From Candidatus Limnocylindrus sp. (GTDB taxonomy: Bacteria; Chloroflexota; Limnocylindria; Limnocylindrales; Limnocylindraceae), in assembly GCA_040397255.1 (NCBI GenBank), contig JBBAWJ010000002.1, positions 35,854-99,853 of the forward strand: a DNA stretch of 64,000 nt. The letters run 5' to 3'. Shown piece by piece: positions 38,153 through 46,591 of this stretch (position 1 is its first letter; each line of letters starts with the position of its first letter). Below the pieces are notes generated by a model. It did no database searches. It was not told the DNA's origin and was given only the letters and a program-made list of their open reading frames with translations. The translations under genes were made by a program, and so were the position numbers.

Positions 38153-38223
38153 ACGGTGCCGATCGTACCCCAGCGGCGCGCCACCGTCTGCCGACGCACG
38201 CATAAAGAGGCAAGATATGCGTC

Positions 38224-40260
38224 ATGGCTACCGATAAGCGACTGACGCCCGCCGCGCCATTGACGCCCGCCGTGGGCATCTTTAGCGAGGCACAGCGCCG
38301 CACCCTCACAGCCCTAGCGGAGGGATTCGTCGCTGGCGGTGGTGCCGCACGTGCCGCCGCCGCGGAGACAGCGATCGCCAAGGTGGTTGACCCCGCCCTT
38401 CACGGCCAGTTGCGGCTGGTCCTCAACCTTCTCGACACACGCATTGGCAGCCTGCTCATTGGCGGACGCCTGGCGCGCTTCGGCACGTTGAAGGCGACGC
38501 AGCGAGACGAGTTCCTGCGCCGCTGGGTGCAGCATCCGGTGCCAATGCTCCGCAGTGGCGCCGCAGTCTTCCGTAAGCTCCTCTCCTTCATCGCCTACTC
38601 CGACGCCGACGAGCCAGCCGATGAGCTCGTTCGCACGCGACTAAGCGCTCTCGGCTACAACCCCACACCAAACGCAGCCACAGCGAACGTCACCAAGATC
38701 ACCGCCTTTGACCCTGGCGACGCGGAGCGCATTGCTGTCGATGTCTTGGTGATCGGCTCGGGAGCTGGCGGCGGGAGCATTGCACGTGACCTATCGGCCG
38801 CAGGGCGCGAGGTACTCGTCATTGAGGCGGGTGGCCTCTATACCGAAGCGACCTTCCCAACGAAAGAGCGCGACGCCTACGAGCGCCTCTATCTCGACTC
38901 AGGCTTCACCGCCACGGCCGATGCACATATCGCGATCCTTGCCGGCGGCACCGTTGGTGGCGGCACCACCGTGAACTGGATGGCCTCAATCCCAACCCCC
39001 GAGCCGGTGCGCGAGGAGTGGGAGGGGGAGCACGGCGTCACCGGTGCCGCTGGAGTCGAGTTCGGAAGAGACCTCGACGCGGTACTGAAGGAGATCGGCG
39101 CGAAGGAATCCCAGAACGTGCCGCTCAAGGATGCGGCGATCATTCGCGGCGCCGAGAAGCTCGGCTGGAGCAGCGAGCGGCTTCAGGTCAACCGCGCTGA
39201 GTGCAGCGACTGTGGGACCTGCACGTTCGGCTGCAAGGTCGGATCGAAGCAATCCTCTCTTCGGCTTCATTTGGCACAGGCAGCAGCCAATGGTGCGCGC
39301 ATCTTGCCCGACTGCAATGCGGAGCGACTTGTCATTGAGAACGGCACAGCGACTGGTGCAATCACTACCTTCGGCGCGCGCGCTGGGTCGCCTCGCACGC
39401 TGGAGATCATCGCGAAGACGGTGGTCGTTTCAGGTGGCGCTCTCCGGACACCTGTTCTGTTGCAGCGCAGCGGACTCACGCATCCCGCTATCGGCAAGAA
39501 CCTTCGACTCCATCCGGTGAGCCTGGTTGCGGGAGTCTTCGACGAGCCGGTTGAAATGTGGCGCGGCACGATGCAGGCGGCGAAGAGCTCGCGCTTCATT
39601 GACCCAGATGAGGAGCGCAACGGCTACATCATTGAGAGTGCCCCTGGTCACCCTGGCCTTCTCGCACTCGGCATTCCGTGGACCTCTCGCGCCGAGCACG
39701 AACGCCTGATGAAGTTGGGTCGATACATCGCCCCCTTGTTGGCGATCGTTAAAGATGACGCCGGCGGCAGCGTAACGACGAGCCGCGCTGGCTTTGCCGA
39801 GATCAACTACCGCACCACGCCGCGTGATGAGCGCGGACTGCGCCACGCGCTCCGTTCAATGTCACGCATCGCTGAGGCGGCTGGCGCAAGCGAGATCATC
39901 GCCGCGGGATCACCACCGATGAGCTGGCGTCGCAGCGAAGGGAGCGAGGCCTTGGAGGTCTACCTACGCCGGCTGCATCGCTTCGACTTCTCCCCAAACC
40001 GCGGCACCGTCTTCTCTGCGCACCAGATGGGCACGGCCCGCATGGGGTCAGATTCAAACGATCACGTCTGTGATCCATGGGGCCGCGTTCGATCCACTCC
40101 GCGACCTCGCCCTAGCGATCCACACGGCGGCCTGATCAGAAGTCTCTATATCGCCGACGGCTCGCTCTTCCCAACGGCGCTCGGCGTGAACCCGATGGTC
40201 ACGATCCTGGCCGTCGCAAAGCGGGTCTCGCGTGCGATCATCGCCGACACGCGCGCATAA
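38224..40260 (+). CDS. GMC-family FAD-dependent oxidoreductase with a ~160-aa N-terminal extension (long-chain alcohol oxidase-like architecture)
   Basis: VLVIGSGAGGGSIARDLSAAGREVLVIEAG is the FAD GxGxxG motif. GGTTVNW is present, and the C-terminal SAHQMGTARMG...LYIADGSLFPTALGVNP matches the GMC C-terminal domain. Confidence 0.8.
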   Translation: MATDKRLTPAAPLTPAVGIFSEAQRRTLTALAEGFVAGGGAARAAAAETAIAKVVDPALHGQLRLVLNLLDTRIGSLLIGGRLARFGTLKATQRDEFLRRWVQHPVPMLRSGAAVFRKLLSFIAYSDADEPADELVRTRLSALGYNPTPNAATANVTKITAFDPGDAERIAVDVLVIGSGAGGGSIARDLSAAGREVLVIEAGGLYTEATFPTKERDAYERLYLDSGFTATADAHIAILAGGTVGGGTTVNWMASIPTPEPVREEWEGEHGVTGAAGVEFGRDLDAVLKEIGAKESQNVPLKDAAIIRGAEKLGWSSERLQVNRAECSDCGTCTFGCKVGSKQSSLRLHLAQAAANGARILPDCNAERLVIENGTATGAITTFGARAGSPRTLEIIAKTVVVSGGALRTPVLLQRSGLTHPAIGKNLRLHPVSLVAGVFDEPVEMWRGTMQAAKSSRFIDPDEERNGYIIESAPGHPGLLALGIPWTSRAEHERLMKLGRYIAPLLAIVKDDAGGSVTTSRAGFAEINYRTTPRDERGLRHALRSMSRIAEAAGASEIIAAGSPPMSWRRSEGSEALEVYLRRLHRFDFSPNRGTVFSAHQMGTARMGSDSNDHVCDPWGRVRSTPRPRPSDPHGGLIRSLYIADGSLFPTALGVNPMVTILAVAKRVSRAIIADTRA

Positions 40261-40296
40261 CTGCACACCGCGGTTGCTAGTAGCGGGCCTGCTCCC

Positions 40297-41808
40297 CTAG
40301 GGTACTTTCACCGTTGGCTTGCTAAACCAGAGCAGAGACGAGGTAGGGATTGCGGCCGTAACCCGTACGCGAAGGTAGGAGCTTCGATCGGCTACCTTGA
40401 GTGTGTAGAGTGATTTCGTCGCCCCAGTGATGATCGTGCACCTTGTTGGCAGCGTCGTAGATGCACTCTGCGTTGCGGTGCTACATCGGAACCACTGATA
40501 CGAATACTTTGGTGTTGGCCCGTAAGACCATGCACCACTCGTCGCGGAGAGCACCTGGCCAACCGCTGTAGTTCCTGAAATTGTTGGAGCTGTCACACGC
40601 GTCAGCTGCGCGAGCCACAGATTCACCTTGCTGGGTCGGGCCAGAATGAATCCGCTCGCAGCAACCTGTGCCGCCTTCGAAGTGGCTGGAGAAGTTTCGT
40701 CTTTGATATCACTCGCAATCTTGGGGGCGAGGGTGGCGTGGAGCGTAGCCGCCGTTGAGGCGAGACCCAGTGTGCTCGCTCTATCTCGTACATCGCGAAG
40801 TGCCTGTACATAAAGGGCCCGGCATGTACTTACTACCAGGCACTGCGTGAAGAGCAGACCGCCGATCGGTTGTCCGAAACTGTAGGCGGCTCGTTTCTCC
40901 ACGCCGCCCCCAAAAATCTGATCTACCCCCCAGGGCAACATCTGAAACCGTCCATCGTTATCGCTGTGCAGGTAGTAGTTGCTGATTGACGCCCCTGTAT
41001 AGCCATCCCAGTTGCCAATGTATCGATCGACTGCCCAATATCGTGTCATCTGCTGCAGATCTGCTGCCGCGCTCACGCGCGGATACCAGCTCGACGCAGG
41101 CGCTTGTGATGCGGCGATCAACTCTTGAAGATCCGCACGGTTGATGGCTGAGCCCACATCAACCTGGTAGTGCGCATCGTTCGCGTTCAACGGATTCCCC
41201 TCCGACCCAAGTCTCCCCTCGTAGAGGTGGGTTGTGCCGCCACCGCTGCTCCGCTTCTCTAGGGCAATCTTGTCGATCGACTCAACATTGAGATAGAGGC
41301 CATACGACGCCCCGTTGATCCAAACCTCGGCGTAGCCAGTTCGCGGCGCTGCGATGCCCATCTCTCGGAAGAGGGTATATCCAATCGCCTCATTGACCTT
41401 TGAGGGATCCTGGATCATGTTGTTGAGCGTCATTCGCTTGATCCCAAATGCCCGCTGCAGCTCGTTAGGAAACTCCAAGCGGAGTGCGGCCTTCTGGGGG
41501 AGCGATCTGTACGAGCCAACACCCTTCAGTCGCATTTTGATGTCCCACGCCCCGAAGCCAGAGGTGCCGCCGTACACCGTGCTGCCCATCGTCAATTTGA
41601 ACGTAGCGTCGACGTAGCCCTCAACGCCAATAGCGCTCAAGTCTGTGCTTGTATTGAGGTCGATGCGCACGATTCGCGAGGTTTGATACAGGGTCGCGGC
41701 GGGATCGCCCGTGGCTGGCGTAAGTGCCACCGCTGAGCCTGGGGCGAGCGAGCCGAGAAGTAGTGCGAGTAGGGCGAGTGTGCTGAAGCGCCGGATACGG
41801 TTCGTCAT
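40297..41808 (-). CDS. Secreted CotH-family atypical kinase with C-terminal Ig-like/beta-sandwich module
   Basis: Signal peptide: RRFSTLALLALLLGSLAPGSAVA. CotH core: KMRLKGVGSYRSLPQKAALRLEF...TLNNMIQDPSKVNEAIGYTLFREMGIAAPRTGYAEVWINGASYGLYLNVESID...HLYEG...IGNWDGY...NYYLH...LPWGVDQIFG. The ATG overlaps the VTC stop (ATGA). Confidence 0.8.
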   Translation of the reverse strand: MTNRIRRFSTLALLALLLGSLAPGSAVALTPATGDPAATLYQTSRIVRIDLNTSTDLSAIGVEGYVDATFKLTMGSTVYGGTSGFGAWDIKMRLKGVGSYRSLPQKAALRLEFPNELQRAFGIKRMTLNNMIQDPSKVNEAIGYTLFREMGIAAPRTGYAEVWINGASYGLYLNVESIDKIALEKRSSGGGTTHLYEGRLGSEGNPLNANDAHYQVDVGSAINRADLQELIAASQAPASSWYPRVSAAADLQQMTRYWAVDRYIGNWDGYTGASISNYYLHSDNDGRFQMLPWGVDQIFGGGVEKRAAYSFGQPIGGLLFTQCLVVSTCRALYVQALRDVRDRASTLGLASTAATLHATLAPKIASDIKDETSPATSKAAQVAASGFILARPSKVNLWLAQLTRVTAPTISGTTAVGQVLSATSGAWSYGPTPKYSYQWFRCSTATQSASTTLPTRCTIITGATKSLYTLKVADRSSYLRVRVTAAIPTSSLLWFSKPTVKVP

Positions 41809-42587
41809 GCTGAGGTTGCGGTTCGCACGACGCGGTCAACCCAGGGTGATTTCAGCGCTCGAGTCCAGCGATTCGACGGTAGTGTTGGGTCCATAGCGGC
41901 GAGGCTTGTGCCGAATTTGGAGAGCTTGACTGGACGGAAGCCCATCCTCCAGAGCGCACGATCGGCCACGGTAGGTGCCAGCCGAGACTTTGATTCAATG
42001 ATGGCGAACTCATTCAGGGTGATGCTCTCTCCCGCCGGCGTGGTCGCTGAGAATCCAGTGTCAATCGTCAACCGTGCATCACCTGGCAGAAGCAGGGTGG
42101 AGCGCTGATAGATTGTGGTAAGCGTCGGGGCTAGAGCAGATTCATGCCCTGGCCCAAGAACCTCTGCGATGAATTCTCGCGCGGAGCTATTGAGTTGACC
42201 GCTCGCGTTTGCTGGGTAGTCCAAACGGCTCTTCGTCGTTCGGCCCCGGGAACCGCGCAGCTTCACTTCAAGCATGCAGTCTCCAGAATTGGCATACGTT
42301 CTCGTCCGAACCTTGAACGCGTGGCGGCGGCGGCGCGCGGACGCTAAGTACGATTGCCAAGCGGGTGTATCGAAATAGACCGACTCATACCTGAACGAGC
42401 GCTCGTCGTTAATCTGGAGCGCGCGTGCGTCACCAGAGATCGCTGCCACAAGCGACGCTGCAACGCTGACAGGGACCAGGTATTTACGCTCCCGCCGCGA
42501 GAAGAGCGCCGCATCGCTCTGGAGACCGCTGAGCTGAACGGAGGGGAGTGCTCCAATCACCGCATCAAGCGCGGCCTGCTCGGTCAA
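41805..42587 (-). CDS. VTC-domain protein (Vtc4-like polyphosphate polymerase / triphosphate-tunnel fold)
   Basis: RRERKYLVP, SVYFDTP, FKVRTRTY, MLEVKLRG, ARLTIDT and IIESK form the alternating basic/acidic beta-strand pattern of the VTC/TTM tunnel. The TTG start overlaps the DUF4956 stop (TTGA). Confidence 0.7.
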   Translation of the reverse strand: MTEQAALDAVIGALPSVQLSGLQSDAALFSRRERKYLVPVSVAASLVAAISGDARALQINDERSFRYESVYFDTPAWQSYLASARRRRHAFKVRTRTYANSGDCMLEVKLRGSRGRTTKSRLDYPANASGQLNSSAREFIAEVLGPGHESALAPTLTTIYQRSTLLLPGDARLTIDTGFSATTPAGESITLNEFAIIESKSRLAPTVADRALWRMGFRPVKLSKFGTSLAAMDPTLPSNRWTRALKSPWVDRVVRTATSA

Positions 42588-43150
42588 GCGCCGTGCTCCC
42601 GCCCTGTGCTGGTGCGCTGTTCATAGCGGACCTCAACCATTGTTGAATCCTCAATGAGGTCGGTCCGGCGGACGCGAATTTGATGCACGGTTGCTCCGAG
42701 CAGCTCCTCAAGGCGGGCCCGCAGCAGCGGTTCGCTGGTGATCGCTTCATCTAGCATGATGACTTGCACTCGGTAGCGCCCGAAGAGACGAGGATGGTCC
42801 CCGATTGTTAGGCCGACCAAGATCAGCCCCATGAGCGCGGCACTGACCCAGATTGGGGTGATTGGCAGAGCGCCGATCAGGCCCAGCGTCATCGCAGCTA
42901 GGTAGTAGGCAATCTCTTGCTGATCGAGCTCCGCCGAACGAAGTCGTAACAGCGAGAGGACGGCAAAGAGGCCGAAGCCAATGCTGATCGTCGTCTCCTC
43001 TGCGACAAGGGCACTCGTCACCGCAATGAGGCCCATGTTGATCATGAGGTAGGCGACAACAAGATCGCGGCGGCGATGGCGCGGGAAATACAAAACGAAC
43101 ACAAGAATTGAGATGGCGACGAGATCCATACCGATGCCGAGCACGTTCAT
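42584..43150 (-). CDS. DUF4956-family integral membrane protein
   Basis: The N-terminal half has about 4 hydrophobic segments (LVAISILVFVLYF; VVAYLMINMGLIAVTSALVA; IGFGLFAVLSLL; LAAMTLGLIGALPITPIWVSAALMGLILVGL). The soluble C-terminal ~70 aa read YRVQVIMLDE...VEVRYE. The family assignment is from memory of DUF4956 being the usual partner of bacterial VTC proteins. Confidence 0.55.
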   Translation of the reverse strand: MNVLGIGMDLVAISILVFVLYFPRHRRRDLVVAYLMINMGLIAVTSALVAEETTISIGFGLFAVLSLLRLRSAELDQQEIAYYLAAMTLGLIGALPITPIWVSAALMGLILVGLTIGDHPRLFGRYRVQVIMLDEAITSEPLLRARLEELLGATVHQIRVRRTDLIEDSTMVEVRYEQRTSTGREHGA

Positions 43151-43171
43151 AATGTTACAAGCCTAGCATGG

Positions 43172-44716
43172 GTGGGCTATGATTCCCCAATGAATTCTGG
43201 CAAAACATCGATTCGGGCAACACTAATTTCTGTCGCAGTTGTAGGCGCCATTCTCTTTGGCGCAGCCCCCGTCGCCGCATACACCCCCCCGTCAAACGAT
43301 GATGCGGCTTGGCTCTACAAGCCATCAACGGTAGCCATGGTCGACCTGCAGCTTCCCCAATCATCTATTGATGCGCTCAGGGCAGATGGCCGAACGTATG
43401 TGCCCGGCACCTTCAAGCTCACCTCCGGAAGTAGGAGCTTTGGCCCATGGGCGGTTGAGGTCCGAATAAAGGGGCGCTGGGGATCGGCCCGAAGCATTGA
43501 CGAGAAGGCAGCATTTAAAATCAAGTTCCCCAACTCACAGCAACGGGTCGGTGGAATAAAGAAGCTCACACTCAACAATATGGTGCAAGACGGGTCATAC
43601 ATCACCGAGACAATCTCGTACGAGCTCTTCCGGGGAATGGGCGTCCCCGCCCCACGCACAGGCTATGCCGTTGTCAGCGTGAATGGTTTGGACTACGGCC
43701 TGCACCTCAATGTTGAAACGCCTGACGATCGCATGTTCGAAAAGTGGCTTCCTAACGAAGGTACGAAACATCTCTACGAAGGCAGCTACGGCTGTTGCTA
43801 CAACTGGCATGACCCATATGACGACAACCACTTTGATGTTGACGAGGGTGGCCCGGCAGATCGAAGTGATCTTGTTGCGCTAATCGACACGTTAAACTTA
43901 GAGGGGCTCGCCTGGCGCCAAGCGATGGAGAAGATCGCCGACCTTCGTGAACTCACCGCGATGTGGGCTGTCGAGCTGTACGTTGGCCATTGGGATGGAT
44001 ACGCGTGGACCGTAAACAACTACTTTATTCACAACACCAATCGCAATCGCATCACGATGCACCCATGGGGCTTAGACCAGACGCTAGGGGCGAGCGGGCC
44101 CCTCCCCTTTTCCGGGCCAGGCTGGGGGAATCTGCTTGACCGGTGCCTCACCGACGTGGTCTGCAGTGGCTACTTCTCAGAGGCCGTATTGGCGACGCGC
44201 GATAAAGCACGTGCGCTCGCCTTAGACGAGCGGACCATGACTGTGTTCACGAGGATCAGCCCCTACATTGAAGCCGACACTAGGGGTTATGGACTCGCCT
44301 CTGCAACGTGGTGGCGCGACCGCACCGTAGAATTCTTGCAAAATCGCCCATCGCATGTGGATCAGTGGTACCTCCCAGTTAGCTCACCAGTCAACTTGGC
44401 AATCTCCCCCGGGGCGGCATCTGCGCGCCTCTCATGGGGCGCACCTGAGCTAGCGGGTGGAGTGGTCTCTGGCGGATACCTCATTCAGTACAAGAGGTCG
44501 CGAGATAGAACTTGGAGGGCACTGGAGATATTGGATCCGAGTGTTACGAGCACACTTGTTTCCGGACTCGCCTCCGGTCGGTACGAATTTAAGGTGTCAA
44601 CAATTTCTTCAAGGGGGGCCTCGGCAGCAACGAAGACCGTTACGGCGTGGCTAAGCCCAGCGAGACGAGGGGGTCACTTCATTTCGTCTGCCCCAACGTC
44701 GCCTGTGGGACGGTGA
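43172..44716 (+). CDS. Secreted CotH-family atypical kinase with C-terminal fibronectin type III domain
   Basis: Signal/TM segment: IRATLISVAVVGAILFGAAPVAA. CotH core: VEVRIKGRWGSARSIDEKAAFKIKF...LTLNNMVQDGSYITETISYELFRGMGVPAPRTGYAVVSVNGLDYGLHLNVETPD...HLYEG...VGHWDGY...NNYFIH...HPWGLDQTLG. FN3-like tail: ARLSWGAP...YLIQYKR...YEFKVSTIS. Start is GTG 43172 or ATG 43190. Confidence 0.8.
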   Translation: MGYDSPMNSGKTSIRATLISVAVVGAILFGAAPVAAYTPPSNDDAAWLYKPSTVAMVDLQLPQSSIDALRADGRTYVPGTFKLTSGSRSFGPWAVEVRIKGRWGSARSIDEKAAFKIKFPNSQQRVGGIKKLTLNNMVQDGSYITETISYELFRGMGVPAPRTGYAVVSVNGLDYGLHLNVETPDDRMFEKWLPNEGTKHLYEGSYGCCYNWHDPYDDNHFDVDEGGPADRSDLVALIDTLNLEGLAWRQAMEKIADLRELTAMWAVELYVGHWDGYAWTVNNYFIHNTNRNRITMHPWGLDQTLGASGPLPFSGPGWGNLLDRCLTDVVCSGYFSEAVLATRDKARALALDERTMTVFTRISPYIEADTRGYGLASATWWRDRTVEFLQNRPSHVDQWYLPVSSPVNLAISPGAASARLSWGAPELAGGVVSGGYLIQYKRSRDRTWRALEILDPSVTSTLVSGLASGRYEFKVSTISSRGASAATKTVTAWLSPARRGGHFISSAPTSPVGR

Positions 44717-44727
44717 TGAGGTAGGGG

Positions 44728-44803
44728 TGGAGCGGGAGACGAGGCTCGAACTCGCGACATCTTGCTTGGAAGGCAAGTGCTCTACCAACTGAGCTACTCC
44801 CGC
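44728..44803 (-). tRNA. tRNA-Gly (anticodon UCC), CCA encoded
   Basis: The reverse complement is GCGGGAG-TA-GCTC-AGTTGGTA-GAGC-A-CTTGC-CTTCCAA-GCAAG-ATGTC-GCGAG-TTCGAGC-CTCGT-CTCCCGC-T-CCA, 76 nt in total. Confidence 0.9.
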
Positions 44804-44831
44804 GCGACCCACACAATAGCAAGGAGGCGGT

Positions 44832-45050
44832 ATGGATGGCTACGGTGACCGGCAGGGGCTCTGGGTTGGGCTCACGGTCGGGGCGATCGCGATCGGACTC
44901 CTCGTTGCCTTACTGATCACCGCGGTCAACCTGGCTGAATGTGAGCGACGCGGCGATCTGATCCGCCTCTATAACTCAGGGAGTGGGCCGCGCTACTCCG
45001 AGGTGTACCCAACGGAGTGGGCCGCCTGGGTTGCGGAGTGTCGCGACTAG
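44832..45050 (+). CDS. Small (72 aa) single-pass membrane protein, unknown function
   Basis: A strong SD sequence (AAGGAGG) lies 4 nt upstream of the ATG. One TM segment (LWVGLTVGAIAIGLLVALLITAV). The AEC tripeptide is duplicated (LAECERRG, VAECRD). Confidence 0.45.
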   Translation: MDGYGDRQGLWVGLTVGAIAIGLLVALLITAVNLAECERRGDLIRLYNSGSGPRYSEVYPTEWAAWVAECRD

Positions 45051-46009
45051 GCCTCGCTGACCGCCTCAACCGGCTTCGCTCGGCGGAGGGCACGCAGTCG
45101 ATTGATTCGATCAACGAGTGGTGGGTGCGTGGCCAAGAATCCGGCTGAGCGCTCTTCAAAGTGCTTCACCGGATTGATGATGTACATGTGCGCCGTGGCC
45201 TTGGTCGCAACCTCGAGGACCTCCTTATCGCCGGCCAACTTCGCCAACGCACGCTCAAGCCCAGCAGGGTTGCGCGTCAGCTCAACACCCGAAGCGTCAG
45301 CCAGGTATTCGCGCTGACGCGAGACGGCGAGCTGCGCCAGCCGTGCGGCGATTGGCGCGAGGACGGCAAGCACGATCGTGAGGATGATAAAGATCGCCTG
45401 CAGCGCATTGCCGCCTTCGCGGTCGTTGCTGCGTCGGCGACCGCCACCCCAGAACGCCCAGCGCATCACCAGGTCGCTCAGCAGGGCAAGTGACCCAACA
45501 AGCGCCGCAACGAGGAGGCCGTAGCGAATATCAAAGTTGCGCACGTGTGAGAGCTCATGGGCGACCACGCCACTCATCTCTTCGCGGTCGAGGGTGCGCA
45601 TGAGCCCTTCAGTCACGGCGATGCTGGCGTGCTCTGGATCGCGACCGGTGGCGAATGCGTTCAGTGCCGTGTCTTCAATCGTGTACACCTTCGGCTTCGG
45701 CATGTTCGCGGCGAGACAAAGCTCATTCACGATGTTGTCAAGTTCGCGCTCTTCTCGGCCGGCCGAAGGGTCAAGCTCTTTGGCACCCGCGGCGGCAAGG
45801 ACCGCCTTGTCGCCGCTGAAATAAGCGCCAATTGTCAAGAAGAAGCCGAGGACGAACGCGCCGAGGGCGAAGGGGATGCCACCCTCGACGCTGCCGCTGA
45901 GGGCGATCCCTGCGCTCGCCCCGAAGGCGGCGAGGATCGCCACCACAATTAGGACAAGGACGAGCGACTTTCGTCGGTTCTCGGCCGCAAGGTCGTAGAA
46001 GGTAGCCAT
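45047..46009 (-). CDS. htpX: M48-family zinc metalloprotease HtpX
   Basis: HELSHVRNFD carries the HExxH motif. TM segments flank it, and the C-terminal THPPLVDRI motif is present. Confidence 0.9.
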   Translation of the reverse strand: MATFYDLAAENRRKSLVLVLIVVAILAAFGASAGIALSGSVEGGIPFALGAFVLGFFLTIGAYFSGDKAVLAAAGAKELDPSAGREERELDNIVNELCLAANMPKPKVYTIEDTALNAFATGRDPEHASIAVTEGLMRTLDREEMSGVVAHELSHVRNFDIRYGLLVAALVGSLALLSDLVMRWAFWGGGRRRSNDREGGNALQAIFIILTIVLAVLAPIAARLAQLAVSRQREYLADASGVELTRNPAGLERALAKLAGDKEVLEVATKATAHMYIINPVKHFEERSAGFLATHPPLVDRINRLRALRRAKPVEAVSEA

Positions 46010-46027
46010 CGCGTCGACCGGTGCCGA

Positions 46028-46591
46028 CTAGGAGAGGTTGACCTTCGGAACGGCCTCCTCAGAATCAGGGGCGTCGAAGAACTCACGCTTGATGAATCCG
46101 AATGCGCTCGCAAAGAGCAGGCCAGGGAAGGTCTGCACAGCATTGTTATACGAGAGCACGGTGGCGTTGTAATGCTGTCGGCTGAAGCCGATCTGATTCT
46201 CGGTTGAGGTGAGCTGCTCCTGCAACTGAATCACATTCTCATTCGACTTCAGGGTTGGGTATGCCTCGACGTTAGCGAAGAGGGTGCGCAGCGAACTGGT
46301 CAGCATGTTCTCAGCCTTCGCCTGCGCCGCGGTATCGCCAGAGGTCCCGGCGTTGACGGCAGCGGCGCGCGCCTTGGTGACGCCCTCAAGAACGCCCTTC
46401 TCGAAGCCCATCTGCCCCTTGACTGCATCAACAAGATTTGGAATCAGGTCGTAGCGGCGCTTGAGCTGCACCTGAATCTGGCCGAGTGCCTCATCAACAC
46501 GGTTACGCCCATTCACGAGTCCGTTAAAGGCAGAGATCCCAACGAGTGCGAGTACACCAACGATTACGAGAACCGGTAGTAGCCCTTCCAT
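46028..46591 (-). CDS. lemA: LemA family protein
   Basis: N-terminal TM segment, then NGLVNGRNRVDEALGQIQVQLKRRYDLIPNLV...YPTLKSNENVIQLQEQL...RQHYNATV. ATG 46591 has an AAGGGGGA SD sequence. Confidence 0.85.
   Translation of the reverse strand: MEGLLPVLVIVGVLALVGISAFNGLVNGRNRVDEALGQIQVQLKRRYDLIPNLVDAVKGQMGFEKGVLEGVTKARAAAVNAGTSGDTAAQAKAENMLTSSLRTLFANVEAYPTLKSNENVIQLQEQLTSTENQIGFSRQHYNATVLSYNNAVQTFPGLLFASAFGFIKREFFDAPDSEEAVPKVNLS

Noticed and set aside
38078-44803. The whole tRNA-Gln to tRNA-Gly interval as a classical integrative element
   Set aside because: No integrase, excisionase, transposase or recognisable att direct repeat was found. The GMC oxidoreductase part (38224-40260) has host-like high GC. 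Only the 40.3-44.7 kb portion looks foreign, and that is reported separately.
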